Assembly: GCF_006345805.1 (NCBI RefSeq)
Contig: NW_021831881.1
Location: 1 to 62,658, forward strand
Direction of reading: 5' to 3'
DNA: 62,658 nt
From: Octopus sinensis
Taxonomy: Eukaryota
Made by a program: the position numbers and the translations under genes. The notes under the pieces are model-generated. The model had not been told where the DNA came from and ran no database searches. It worked only from the letters and a program-made list of their open reading frames with translations. Positions 1 through 13,140 of this stretch are shown here, piece by piece (positions within the stretch are counted from its first letter, which is position 1; each line of letters opens with the position of its first letter).

Positions 1-40
<40 letters not shown>

Positions 41-220
41 GCTATATATATATATACATCTACATATATATATATATATATATACATATATATATTATAT
101 ATATATTATATATATTCATACATATATATATATATATTATATAATATATATATACATACTATATATATAATACATACATATATATATACATATATATATA
201 TACATACAATACATATACCA

Positions 221-257
<37 letters not shown>

Positions 258-349
258 CATATTGATCCATACCTGATGTTATATACATCCACGTACAGTC
301 TACACATACATACATAAATACATACATACATGCATACATACATATATAC

Positions 350-386
<37 letters not shown>

Positions 387-885
387 GTGTGTGTGTGTGT
401 GTCTGTGTGTGTAGGTACGTATACTCACAGAATCTTATATCTGCACCTATGTATATGCGTGTCTATGTACTTGTGTTAGAGAGAGCGAACTGGAGAAGAC
501 GGGTAACAGACAGATGAGACAGATACATCAACACAGAGAGAGGGATAGAGATAGAGACAGAGACAGAAAGAGAGAGAGATAATTTAATTACGTTTAGAAA
601 GCTGAATATAAAGACATGTAGATAAAGAGATAAAGCCTATGACAGTTTTAAAACAACAGCGTTCGCATGTCAAAATAAGACCATAAATATACAAACTCGA
701 ATTGATAAATTATTTAGGCATATATATGTAATTTCAGCCTAAACATGGTGCCAGCCATTCCTCAAAATCTGTGATAGCTTAATCATTTCTCTATTTTATT
801 GGCTAGACACGGTCCAAAATGTGCAAGTAATTTTAGCATATCTATTATAGGTAGGATACATATAAATACATATGTGAACACGTTG

Positions 886-922
<37 letters not shown>

Positions 923-1070
923 ACCAACCCATGCACACAGATACGCGTGCCTATGAATTTCTGGCTGTGTGCTTACTTGCGTGTGGATGTGTGTGAGTGC
1001 GTGAATGCATGTGTGTGTGTGTGTGTGTGTGGTGTGTATGCGTGTGTGGGGGGTGCAGCACCTTCTATTT

Positions 1071-1467
1071 ATTCTTTTATTCTTTTACTTGTTTCAGTCA
1101 TTTGACTGCGGCCATGATGGAGCACCGCATTTAGTCGAACAAATCGACCCCCCGGACTTGTTCTTTGTAAGCCTAGTACTGTTTCTATCGGTCCCTTTTG
1201 TCGAACCGCTAGGTTCCCGGGACGTATACACATCAACATCGGTTGTCAAGGGATGGTGGAGTGGGGGACAAACACAGACACAGACACACACACACACACC
1301 ACATATTTATATACGACGGGCTTCTTTCAGTTTCCGTCTACCGAATCAACCCGCAAGGCTTTGGTCATCCAGAGGCTAAAGTAGAATACACATACCCAAG
1401 GTGCCACACAGAAGGATTGAACCCGGAAAATGTGGTTAGTAAGCAAGCTACTTAACACGCCTGCGCC
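1071..1467 (-). mobile_element. SINE family A: tRNA-like head, internal (TA/CA) microsatellite, tail ...CCAGCATGGCCGCAGTCAAATGACTGAAAC(AAGTAAAAGA)n
   Basis: Same sequence recurs many times in the window; A/B-box-like head (GGCGCAGG...GGTTCAGTCCC) and short tandem tail. Confidence 0.85.
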
Positions 1468-1987
1468 TCTTTAACGAATAATATTTTTAAAAAACGGCTA
1501 CGATCCAGCTTTAGGTTCTTTTCATATTTTTGTTTCAGACCCTTTCAGAATGTTTGAAAGAATGGCGGCCGTAATTTCATTTCTAAAGACGTTTCCTGAA
1601 TATCTCAGCCCTGTCATCAGGATATGATTTTTCTTTTTTCCTCTTTTGTCTTTTGCTCCTGTCGGGCACTTTTAAGTCCTCAAAAAGAGTTAGCATCTCC
1701 TTTCTATCGGAAGACTGGATCTTGAATTTCTTCGTCGCTGGCGAGTCAGTTTGTTTTCACTCCATATTGTGGGTCACTATTTATATAGAATTTACCGCCA
1801 GAAATTGGTCTTTATTAATTACTAGTCATTGTAGTCTCTTGCTTATACTATCTAAGACGTGTGTATATTGTTTGAATCTTTATGGTAACTTTGCGTTGCG
1901 ATATAAATTTCTTTTTTTTTCTGAAATGTACCGCCTAAATTTTAAAGAATTCTATATCACATATCTTTCAATAATTTTTCTATGTAA

Positions 1988-2550
1988 GGCGGTGAGCTGG
2001 CAGAAACGTTAGTACGCCGGGCGAAATGCTTAGCGGTATTGCGTCTGCCGCTACGTCCTGAGTTCAAATTACGCCGAGGTCGACTTTGCCTTTCATCCTT
2101 TAGGGGTCGATTAAATAACTACTAGTTACACACTGGGGTCGATGTAATCAACTTAATCCGTTTGTTCTCTCTGTATTTAGCCCCTTGTGGGTAGTGAAGA
2201 AATAGGTATGTCGTCTATCGTTACGTTCTGAGTTCAAATTCCGCCAAGTTCGACTTTGCCTTTCATCCTTTCGGGGTCGATTAAATAAGTACCAGTTACG
2301 CACTGGGGTCAATATAATCGACTTAAAGCTTTTTATCTGTCCTTGTTTGTCCTCTCTGTATTTAGCACCTTGTGGGTAGTAAAGAAATAGGTATTCCGTC
2401 TGTCTTTATGTTCTAAGTTCAAATTCCTCAGAGGTCGACTTTGCCTTTCATCCTTTCGGATTCGATATATTAATTTCTACTTGCGTATTGTGGCCGACCT
2501 AATCAACTGGCCCTCTACCCCAAAAGTTCGGGCTTCGTGCCTAGAATAGA
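1988..2550 (+). mobile_element. SINE family B (GGCGGCGAGCTGGCAG head; core GTCGACTTTGCCTTTCATCCTTTCGGGGTCG), three tandem body units
   Basis: Core motif occurs three times; many other copies in the window. Confidence 0.85.
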
Positions 2551-3185
2551 ACCCAATATTTTTCCATCATGCGTTGTTTGTCATTCATGACTGTGTACCA
2601 TGAATCTGTTATAACTGCAAAGTAAGCCTAGAAGAGGGCTCCTGCATTTGTATGGTCAATATGTCAATTGCTATCATGAAGATACAAATTTTACTTTTAC
2701 AGTTAAATTCATATATTACGTTGCTCACTTGAAGCTTTTCTCGCGTTTACAAGTTTATGGCATGTCTCTGAAAAAAGAGACTTTGATTTAAGTGTTTTAA
2801 CAATATTATATTAGTTGCAGCTCATTGGTTGGTGTGTGATGAATTTTCTTTCGTCTTATGGCATTTTGAGTATGTCTCATCTTTCCTAAACCTGACATGC
2901 GTTTGACTCTTATAATACACTTTGTGAGTAATTTCTGTGTTTTTAGTAAGTATAAGGCCTTATAAAATCGTTGCATTAAATTTCTGTTTCAGTTTGTGGT
3001 CGCTTTGTATATGCGTTGTTACTTGTTATTATTATGTGAATCTCTTTATAAGTTGAATATCTACATATACTTCTGTTGTGCCACTGTCTCATCCCACCTC
3101 CTCATCTGTATATGTATGATCAGGAAATATTTTTAGGTTACAGGCCTACATGCAACAGCCTAGATTCTAATAAATCCTGTAACTG

Positions 3186-3216
<31 letters not shown>

Positions 3217-3278
3217 ATAGAAATATTAAAATAACTAAGTCTCTCTAAAGAGAACAGCGGCAGCGTTCCCGGAAAATA

Positions 3279-3557
3279 ATAGTTATCGCATACTAATATG
3301 GCATTCTTATAAAAATAAGAAAAAGCTGTCCGCTTATTAGCTCCATGAGGCCATCGCCTTAAGTTAGCTATTTGATACACAAACTGTATCCATATAACCT
3401 TCGAACAAGGGAGGTCAGTCGCTCCACACTACTTGACCGGTTATATGGATACAGTTTGTGTATCAAATAGCTAACTTAAGGCGATGCCCTCATGGAGCTA
3501 ATAAGCGGACAGCTTTTTCTTTTTTTATAAGAATGCCATATTAGTATGGCGATAACT

Positions 3558-3559
<2 letters not shown>
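3279..3559. repeat. Foldback: ~120-bp inverted arms around a 39-bp spacer
   Basis: 3279-3399 is the near-perfect reverse complement of 3439-3559. Confidence 0.9.
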
Positions 3560-3617
<58 letters not shown>

Positions 3618-3620
<3 letters not shown>

Positions 3621-4025
3621 GTATGGAAGATGGCAGAATCCTCAAGGACATACTCTATGGAGAGCTTCCTGGTGGCACAAGGTCTGTTGGATGACTGTTC
3701 TTACGGTACAAGGGCATGTACCGCAAAAAAGACATGAAGGCCTGCGACATAAATATTAACAAGCGGTTGCCAGCAACCGTGGAGATTGGCGACGTGCTGT
3801 AAAAGATGGAACACATAGGAGTGACAGAGAGAGAGAAGAGAAGAACTGGAAAGACAAGAAAAGTCGACAATAAGAAACTATGACATTACAACCAGCCAGG
3901 CAAAGTCTTCACTACGTCTGCATCACCTGTCAGGAGTGTTTGTCAAGGATAGGACTACACAGCCACATGCGGTGCTCCAGCATGGCCACAGTCAAATGAC
4001 TGAAACAAGTAAAAGAGTAAAATAG
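3618..4025 (+). pseudogene. 3' fragment of an RTE-clade LINE ORF plus tail
   Basis: Translates RMEDGRILKDILYGELPGGTRSVG*...KKDMKACDIN...CLSRIGLHSHMRCSS, typical of the RTE/BovB C-terminus; contains stop and frameshifts. Confidence 0.8.
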
Positions 4026-4846
4026 TATATATTTTAACAAAATATTCCATATTGACCCCCCATAGGGCATATGGACACCGGTTGAGAATCACTGCTCTAT
4101 CTGGTTACTCGATTTACTGGAAGTAACAGCCAAAATCTCGCTCAAATCACAACCTACAACATTGTAGAGAAGTTCTTTTAGCTTGTGTGAATACTTTGCG
4201 AGCATATGTTTTATATTACACACACACATACACACATACACACACAAACATCTACACACACGCATTGTCTCTGTCTCTGTCTCTCTCTCTCTGTCTGTCT
4301 CTCTCTCTACCTATCTATTTGTTCTGATTCAATATTTTTGTTTATCTCTCCCATATTTCTGCCCTGCCTATCTGCCTGTCTCCCCGTCTTCCTCTCTCTA
4401 CTGTTCACTCTCTTTGTTCTTGTTGGAATCTTGTTGGAGTATTGACCTGACTCTAGGATATATTTTTATTTCATCATTAATTTGTAATTTCGTCCTATCC
4501 CACACCCACTCTCACTTCATCTCATATTCTAATACATTATTACGCACACACACCCACACGCACACACACATACACTCATACACACACTCACACAGACGCA
4601 CACACACAAACACACACGTGCACACACACACGTACAGACACACACGTACACACACGCATGTACGCACACACACGCACACACACACGTACGCACACACACT
4701 CACACATATACATACACACGTGCACACACACACGTGCACACACGCACGCACACGTACACACACACACGCACACACACACGCACAAACACACACACACACA
4801 CACATACACACACACTCATACACCCATACATTCACTCTCCCTCTAG

Positions 4847-4908
4847 CAACATGTCTGCTGTTATCTCCATTTTATTGCCTTGTTCAAGAACTTCGCCGGT
4901 GTACGGTG
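4847..4908 (+). CDS. Candidate micro-exon of an unidentified host gene ([20 protein letters not shown])
   Basis: ctctccctctag acceptor and GTG|gtaaga donor; all three frames are open, frame chosen for phase fit with the next exon. Confidence 0.3.
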
Positions 4909-5462
4909 GTAAGATAGCTGAATCTTTGTCCACATTCCTATACGTTTTTATCACTATTTTTAAAAAACTTCTTTATATTTTCTCACTTGGTATTTATTTC
5001 TGAATCTAATGCAGTTGCTATTTTCTGTCTTTCTTGTCTCACAAAAGTGCATATAATGTCCAATATCATTTTACACTGAAAAAAAAAAAATCTTAGCAGT
5101 TGCTTCCTTCTCTTACTGCTTTGTCAAACCTTATTTTTGTTTCATCACCTTTGTGTTTGCCGAATTTATGGCTTCGTGGTCCCATTATGACTAGCAACAC
5201 AGCAGCCAGTAATTTTTTTTTTATCTGTACTGTATTCTTTCAATATAAAGCATATCTTAATTTATTCATGCATATTCAAATATTCACAAGCAAATATAAT
5301 CAAGAGCTATTTATTATGGCTTGGATATTTATCTAGTAAAGACCAACTATATAATTAAATGAGAACGTTTGATGATATAAAGAGATACTATGAATACAAG
5401 TGCCGTAAATCTGCCCTTATATATTACATTTTTATTTCTATACATACTACATATATACATAA

Positions 5463-5506
<44 letters not shown>

Positions 5507-5531
5507 TATATATATATACATACATGTATAC

Positions 5532-5578
<47 letters not shown>

Positions 5579-5870
5579 TATATAATTATATATAATATAT
5601 ATATATATATATAATATATATGATATATATACATATATATAAATGTAAATTAGTAACTAATTTGTGAATATATATTGGCTTGTAATAATCATATTGTATA
5701 TAAACAAGACTGAATTGTAATATGGTAGAAATTATTTGGGACAGCGACACAACAGATTTTATTGTTCCTCTTAGACTGAGAATCAAGGCTAGACTTATGT
5801 TAATGTGTTCACGCCGATTCAATGTATTCTCTTGTATATTTTGAATTTGTTGATATTATTTTTCATACAG

Positions 5871-5927
5871 ATGGCGCCCTTGAGTTAATAATTCGTTCGC
5901 TAGACAGGACCAGAGTGTTGGCATGCA
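5871..5927 (+). CDS. Candidate phase 1-1 micro-exon (DGALELIIRSLDRTRVLAC)
   Basis: ttttcatacag acceptor and GCA|gtaaga donor; only one frame is open. Confidence 0.4.
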
Positions 5928-6116
5928 GTAAGACAGATAGGTGTTTATAATTCTTCATAAAGAAGCCGCAAATACATATTCTGCTTTCTCCGATATTAGA
6001 TATTTGTGCTACGTTCCTATACGATCATTTAGAAGTAATTTTCCTTCTTTGTGTTGAAGTCGTGTTACTTCACGGGATATTCAATGGTTTATAGCTTTAT
6101 TATTACTCACGAATAT

Positions 6117-6330
6117 GGCAGCGAGCTGGCAGAATCGTTAGCATGCCAGGCAAAATGTTTACAGACATTTCGTCCGTCTTTACATTCTGGGTCCAAATTC
6201 CATCGTGGTCAGTTTTTGCCTTTCATCCTCTCCGGATTGATGAAATAAGTACCAGTTGAACACTGGGATTGATTTTATCGACTTGGTCCCTTCCCAAAAC
6301 CTGCTGGCCTTGTCCCAAAATTTGCAACCA
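6117..6330 (+). mobile_element. SINE family B, diverged
   Basis: GCGAGCTGGCAGAATCGTTAGCA head and GCCTTTCATCC core. Confidence 0.75.
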
Positions 6331-6733
6331 ATATTACTTATGAATATGCAGTGAAAGCCAGGCAATAGGGTAGGAAATAATCTCAAGGAAATTTAATACA
6401 CTAAAATAACAGACTACTCGAAAATATCGCACCACCGGCATATTTAGGAGAAAAGGGAGAAAAAAAGACGCCATTTAACCAAAGTGTCTTGATTCTCAAT
6501 ATGTTAGAAATAAAGACGAGAAAATATAAATCTAGTGGTGCATGTCATGTTACAATACATCACGTTGTCTTCCTTTTATCGCCTCCTAAAATTTGGTCAC
6601 AAGTAGACGGCGCACCCCTTTATTCGATAAATCTGTTCTATTTATCAATAGGGAAGCAAACGATTTCATTATTTTTAATGATCTGTATTACTCTAATATA
6701 AGCAAGAGACATGTGAGACATATATATGTGTAG

Positions 6734-6781
6734 GTTTCGTTCAGGAAATGTTGAGGTACAGCGACAAAGCATCTTCTGCAG
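6734..6781 (+). CDS. Candidate phase 1-1 micro-exon (SFVQEMLRYSDKASSA)
   Basis: tgtgtag acceptor (weak pyrimidine tract) and CAG|gtatag donor; 48 nt. Confidence 0.25.
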
Positions 6782-7139
6782 GTATAGAATCTTGGAGAAA
6801 CGAATTCTTTTTATGAGTTGTGTCGACAGAAAATATTGGAACTTTCCCATTTATTCATTGTGAGTGATATTGACATCGAAATAGAATTATGATAGGATCC
6901 ACAACGCCATGGCAACAACAGAAATTTCTTCCAAATTAATGTGAATAATAATTAAGAATTGGATACGAACCATCCACATAAATGTTATAAATAAATGAGG
7001 ATACGTTCTTTAGTGTGACTCTAAAATACACATGTTATCACTAGGATATTGAAGAAGTCCATGGGGTAGTTTACTATGTTTGTTATCCAAAACTGAGTGT
7101 AATTTTGTAGAGCAATTTATCAACATTTTTTTTTCTTTA

Positions 7140-7702
7140 TGCGCCCTTTTCAAGCCTAGCCAGGCTCATGAGCCCGGCTTCCCGGTTTCTGTGGCGTATG
7201 TGTTCCCTCTCAGCTGGACGGGACGCCAGTCCATCGCAGCGTTACTCAAGAAACAGGAAGAGAGAGTGAGTGAAAGTTGTGGCGAAAGAGTAAAACAAGA
7301 GTTTCGCCACCACCCCTTGTCGGAGATCGTGGAGCTTTTAGGTGTTTTTGCTCAATAAACACACACAACACCCGGTCTGGGGATCAAAACCGCGATCGTC
7401 CGACCGCGAGTCCGCTACCCTAACCACCTAACCATCGCGCCTCCAAATGCGCCCTTTTAAAGCCTAGCCAGTTTTCGCGGTTTCTATGGGCCAGTTTTCG
7501 CGGTTTCTATGACGTATGTGTTCCCCAGCAGGACGAGACGCCAGTCCATCGCAGCGTTACTCATTTTTGCTAACTCAGTGGACTGGAGCAACGTGAAATG
7601 AAGTGTTTTGCTCAAGAACACAACGCGTCGCCCGATCCAGGAATCGAAACCACAATCTTACGAACATGATGCTGACACCCTAACCACTAAGCCACGTGCC
7701 TC
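7140..7702 (-). mobile_element. Cluster of tRNA-derived SINE pieces (family C head at 7245-7445; V-SINE-like copy at 7450-7702 with tail duplicated at 7140-7245)
   Basis: Minus-strand GGCTTAGTGGTTAGG...GTTTCGATTCC head; GACTGGCGTCYCGTCC body; head matches 50035-50418. Confidence 0.75.
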
Positions 7703-7931
7703 CACAATTTATCAACATGTACATGTTAAATAATTTCATTGGTTGTCTTAACAACTACGAGGTTTTGGGTCTTTGTGATTATGGTAAATGTAGTGCAAAT
7801 AGATACAGATGCGTCTCCGTTATTTACTGGTATAAAGAAGCAAAGCCAAAAATTGCAAAAATGACTTCATGGTTGTACAACTATAACCAGTATTATTTTT
7901 TTTCATTCTTTCCTCTCTTGTTTCGTTTCAG

Positions 7932-7970
7932 ATGTAATAAGAAGGAATTTGATAATGAAGCATTGTTTGA
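7932..7970 (+). CDS. Candidate phase 1-1 micro-exon (xVIRRNLIMKHCL)
   Basis: ttgtttcgtttcag acceptor and TGA|gtaaat donor; 39 nt. Confidence 0.35.
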
Positions 7971-8406
7971 GTAAATCCTATATTTTGACGAAATAAAGAC
8001 AAGATGTTGTACAAGTAAAGTTTCTTGGTGCTAGAACGTTATGCACTGAATTATGTATATGCAAAGAAAACCAGAGATACAACACATGCAAATGACAGAA
8101 TATAGATGACAAAAAATGATGTACTTGTGTGGTTATTGAAAAAAAGGTAGGAAAGTGTATGTGCCCAATAAATGGATTTTATGGAAATATGGAAACCCTT
8201 TCACTGATAGGAAAAAGGTCTCTCAAGATATGGAGAGAAAAAAGAAACATAAAAAACCAGAGTTATGACACAAACCCTGAAGCAGTTCTCTCCCCTTAAG
8301 GAAAATATCCCCCCTCTCTTTCATTGTATAGTAGGCGCTCTTTCTTTCATCTCATCGTTGTCTTACACACACTTCCTCTCTCTCGTTTCCACTCTTATTC
8401 CCTTAG

Positions 8407-8438
8407 CAAATTTAAGCAGCAGCAATTGTAAGTTCCAG
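8407..8438 (+). CDS. Candidate micro-exon (TNLSSSNCKFQ); alternative donor at 8428
   Basis: Long pyrimidine tract ending ccttag; donors TT|gtaagt and CAG|gtaagc. Confidence 0.35.
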
Positions 8439-9148
8439 GTAAGCACCGCGTGTTTTAAATTATATTTTCATTCAAAGCAGTTCGAAAACAGATACATACA
8501 AAGTGAGCACTCGTGAGAGAGAGAGGGGGAGAGAGGAAGGAGAGAGTGAGAGGGAGAGAGAGAGAGATGAGGAGGAGGAGATAAATCTCGATTATAGTTA
8601 TGAAATAAATAGACATCATACTTTGAATCCCAACGTAATATTTCGACGTCTCCATAATATCGCCGTTTCGTATGAAATTTTCCTTTACGGACAGCATTGC
8701 ACCTGTTTGGGGACAATGTTGGATGTGAAGGTTTTGTACACTGATAGATTTATAATCAGAAACACACCCACTGTCTTATTTCCCATTTATTGAGTTCTCC
8801 TTTATGGCTTTGCGTACCACTTGCAAGGATTTTGAAATATTACAGTCGGTTCATACCGCCTCATTTGACAGTGCAGATGGTATTAATATAAATGCATTCA
8901 TATATAATTGCTTAGCGAAAGAAGATTACACAATGTGGAAGATGTAGGAAGAGAATGCGACTGAGTATGTTCGTGAGAGGAAAAGACAAAAAAAAAAAAA
9001 AGAACCCAACAAAAAATACGAAGAGAGATATACGCTGAAAAAAAAAATATTGTTAAACATCAATAGTGAGCTTATAGACTGTGTTGAAATGTTCGAGCGA
9101 TTGACACAGGTGTAAAAAATAAGGACTGTATTACCCTTTTTCTTCATT

Positions 9149-9208
<60 letters not shown>

Positions 9209-9690
9209 AGATAAGAAAATGGAGAAATACATCTAAATCAAATATCAATTACCAGATAATACTCAATCACATACTTTATTAAACCACCACATAAGAGATT
9301 GTAGGGTTAAATATAAAAAGCAGAACAAATCACTGTTTCGGCCATGTAGATAAGTATGTCTCATTTTACCAATATTAGCCCTTTATGGTTGGTCAACCCC
9401 TATCTCAATTTGTATATATATATATTGAAACCAATTAATATGAAATTGATGATAAATGAAAATTCAAGTAATTAAATTAAAGTAATAAATGAATTATATA
9501 ACTGAAATATATATATATATATATATCTAATGTAAAAAAATCGTAATAGAGGACAATAAAATATTCGGACAGAGAGACGATACAAAGACGGACAAGAGAA
9601 ACGACGGTTAGAAGGACAGGCAAAAAAAGACGGGTCGTTCTTGGCCTTCTTTCCTCAGTCAAGTACCAGAAGTCACGACCGTTTCGGTTA

Positions 9691-9769
9691 ATGTATGTAT
9701 GCATGTTTGTATGTATGTATGTATGTATGTATGTATGTATGTATGTATGTATGTATGTATGTATGTATG

Positions 9770-9831
<62 letters not shown>

Positions 9832-10136
9832 TGTATGTATGTATGCATGTATGTATGTATGTATGTATGTATGTATGTATGTATGTACGTACGTACGTAC
9901 GTACGTATGTACGTATGTATGTATGTATGTATGTATGTATGTATGTATGCATGTATGTATGTATGTATGTATGTATGTACGTATGTATGTATGTATGTAT
10001 GTATGTATGCATGCATGTATGTATATATGTATGTATGTATGCATGTTTGTATGTATGTATGTACGTATGTATGTATGTATGTATGTATATATGTATGTAT
10101 GTATGTATGTATGTGTGTGTGTATGTATGTATGTAT
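9691..10136. repeat. (TATG)n tetranucleotide microsatellite
   Basis: Directly visible. Confidence 0.97.
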
Positions 10137-10914
10137 GAAGAAGAAGAAGAACAACAACAACAACAACAATAAAAACAATAACAGCAACAACAACTACAGT
10201 AATAATAATTTGTAACTCCGCGACCTCAGTGGATAACTAGTAATGAGTTAATTCAATATCGTATATGAAGAAAAAAAATTTTCCCTTAAGTTATAACATT
10301 TTTTTTTGTTTTTTCATCGCTGGATTGAATCTGCCAACCCAGAGTTATTTTATGATATACGAAGCTCAATATAATTAAACATTTATTGATTGAAACCAAT
10401 TAATATGAAATTGATGATAAATGAAAATTGAAGTAATTAAATTAAAGTAATAAATGAATTATTAATTTAAGAGTGTCACAAAGTTAAACACGAAACAATG
10501 TTGAAACCTATAAAATCAAACCTCCCCTAAACCGCTACATTGCTTTCATTTCCGAAATAAGTTTTGATGAATAACAATATGGCGTAGTGTGTATCGTTAA
10601 TACATAATTAAGTGAGCACTAAAATCTGACTGCTAGTGTTGACGTGTTTCGACTCTGATTCTGAGGATGAATTTCCTTGAAATTTGATTCTGGATTAAAA
10701 TTAATCCAAAATGTTAAGCCGACTGTTGGGAAAATGAATATCAGTGACCCTGAGAGAAACTTATGAACGGTTTCTTATTGCAAATAAATTATTTGAGTAA
10801 AAGAAAACATGTTAAACTTTGATGTGAAGCAATTCTGAAATCAAAGAAATTTCTGCAGAGCAAACGATGGAATCCAGCAAAATATAATGATTTATTTTTA
10901 TATTTGTTCCTTTT

Positions 10915-11327
10915 TTCTTTATTGCTCACAAGGGACTAAACATAGAGAAGATAAATATGGACAAAGGAAAGGGATTAAATCAATTACATCGACCCCAGTG
11001 CGTAACTGGTACTAAATTTATCGACCGCGAAAGGATGAAAGGCAAAGTCGACCTCAGAAGAATTTGAAATCAGAACGTAACGGCAGACGAAGTACCTATT
11101 TCTTTACTACCCACAAGGAGCTAAACACAGAGGGGACGAACAAGGACAGACAAACGGATAAAGTTGATTACATCGACCCCGGTGCATAACTGGTACTTGT
11201 TTAATCGACCCCGAAAGAATGAAAGGCAAAGTCGACCTAGGCGGAATTTGAACTCAGAACGTAGCGGCAGATAAAATACCGCTATGCATTTCGCCCGGCG
11301 TGCTAATGTTTCTGCCAGCTCGCCGCC
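10915..11327 (-). mobile_element. SINE family B dimer
   Basis: Two GAAAGGATGAAAGGCAAAGTCGAC-like cores and one head. Confidence 0.85.
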
Positions 11328-12029
11328 TTTATCTTTATATTTATTTGTGGTCATACTAGAGCACTGCTTTTACGAGTTCAGTCGAAATCCCCTGTTCATA
11401 TCTTTTTAGTCTTGTGCAGGGTTTCTTCTGTCGAATTGCTAGATTTAGGGAACGTAAAATAAGCCAACACTGGCTGACAAGCGTTGGTGGGGAAAAACAT
11501 GAAGAGAAATATGTATGCGCATGCGTACACATACGCACACACACACACACATACACACACACACACACAGAGAATAATGATAAATTCAACGGTACGGAAT
11601 AAAAGCAGGAATACAAATGGCAGAAACAAAATTCTAGATAAATTTTAAACTACCACAGCATATATGCACACACACACACATGCACTCATATACACACAAA
11701 CACAAGCATGCACTCATACACAACACACCACGCACACATATATATCAAAATAACACATCACCCTGCACACACCAGCATTGACCACTTCCTAGCACTACAC
11801 CACACACAACTACACTCCACCACTCCACATCACACCACCCCACGCACACTAGCTCCGTCCACTTCTCAGCGCCCAGGCATTCATCCACACACCTACATAT
11901 GCACACACCCACACGTCAAGGTCCCCAGCCCCTATCCACACGCACACACATGCTCTCATATACACACGTACTCGCACATTCGTTTTGGAATCACCACTAC
12001 CTTATTATCTCCCCTTCTTCCTAGCTCTC

Positions 12030-12245
12030 GTGTCTGACCACCTCTGTCCGGCCATTGCCATGACTGGCTACTAGCTACTAAAGCTTTTTTTTAATACTCT
12101 CTGTTTATTTTCTCGTGTTCCTTTCTGTTGAAGTGCGTAGGCTCGAAACGTAAAAGACTTTCTCACCTTCTCGAGCATTAAACTAATACACCTGTTTATT
12201 ATTTACACTCCTGTATTCGTCTTCTGTTTTTTGTAAATTCCAACT
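12030..12245 (+). mobile_element. Penelope-like terminal-repeat remnant with degenerate hammerhead variant (12121-12156); related fragment at 26385-26480
   Basis: cttt-CTGTTGA-a-GTGC-gtag-GCTC-GAAAC-GTA-aaag; shared AACTAATACAYCTGTTT motif with the 26.4 kb copy. Confidence 0.5.
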
Positions 12246-12314
12246 ATACATACATAAATACATATATATATATATATATAGATAAATATAATATATATAT
12301 ATAATTATATATAT

Positions 12315-12360
<46 letters not shown>

Positions 12361-12433
12361 AATATATATATATATATATAATATATATATATGTATGTAT
12401 ATATATATATATATATTATATAATATGTATGTA

Positions 12434-12483
<50 letters not shown>

Positions 12484-12624
12484 GAGGGCATTATACATAC
12501 ATGCCAGAAGGCATTATACATACATGCCAAACGCTAAGAGGGACAATTAGTCATTCTACCAAAAATATTACTAATCCCACCGAATGCAATTTTTCAAAGT
12601 AAGACAATTTAAAAAAATAATAAA

Positions 12625-12664
12625 CTGTATCACAGTGATTTCATACTTACGTACTCATCAGCAG
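12625..12664 (-). ncRNA. Type I hammerhead ribozyme motif, copy 1
   Basis: ctg-CUGAUGA-GUAC-guaa-GUAU-GAAA-UCAC-u-GUGAU-A-cag. Confidence 0.65.
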
Positions 12665-13097
12665 GCCTGAATGTATTATAAATAAACAACGACCCTGCCC
12701 CGCTTAAGCCGATCAGCTAACTGCTCAACATCAACGAAGCACATGGGTGAGTTTACATATATTACATCCGATAAATGGCAAACTTTTACGAATTGCATTT
12801 CGGGAGAGGAAAAGTTTTTTCGGAATAAAAATTTAGCAATTAAGGACACTACTTAATAAGGAAAACTTAACAAGAAATTGTCAGGTAGATAGCGTAAAAA
12901 CCTCATAAGAGAAAAAATTTCGAAAATAATTATTTCTTATTGAACATATTAATTTAATATAGAGGCATTATACATACATGCCAGAAGGCATTACCATACA
13001 TGCCAAACGCTAAGAGGGACAATTAGTCATTCTACCAAAAATATATAATATCCCACCGAATGCAATTTTTCAAAGTAAGACATTTAAAAAAATATAG

Positions 13098-13140
13098 ACC
13101 TGTATCACAGTGATTCATACTTACGTACTCATCAGCAGGC
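13098..13140 (-). ncRNA. Type I hammerhead ribozyme motif, copy 2 (one A missing from GAAA)
   Basis: gcctg-CUGAUGA-GUAC-guaa-GUAU-GAA-UCACUGUGAU-A-caggu. Confidence 0.55.

Noticed and set aside
1586-1626. CTGATGA...GAAACGTC on the minus strand
   Set aside because: Core and GUC are present but stem I does not pair; at best a dead PLE-end remnant
9477-10215. Long ORFs (HTYI/MYVC repeats), likewise 4183-4917, 27203-28613, 39655-40989, 44108-44602 and 56999-57653
   Set aside because: Translations of microsatellites, open in several frames at once
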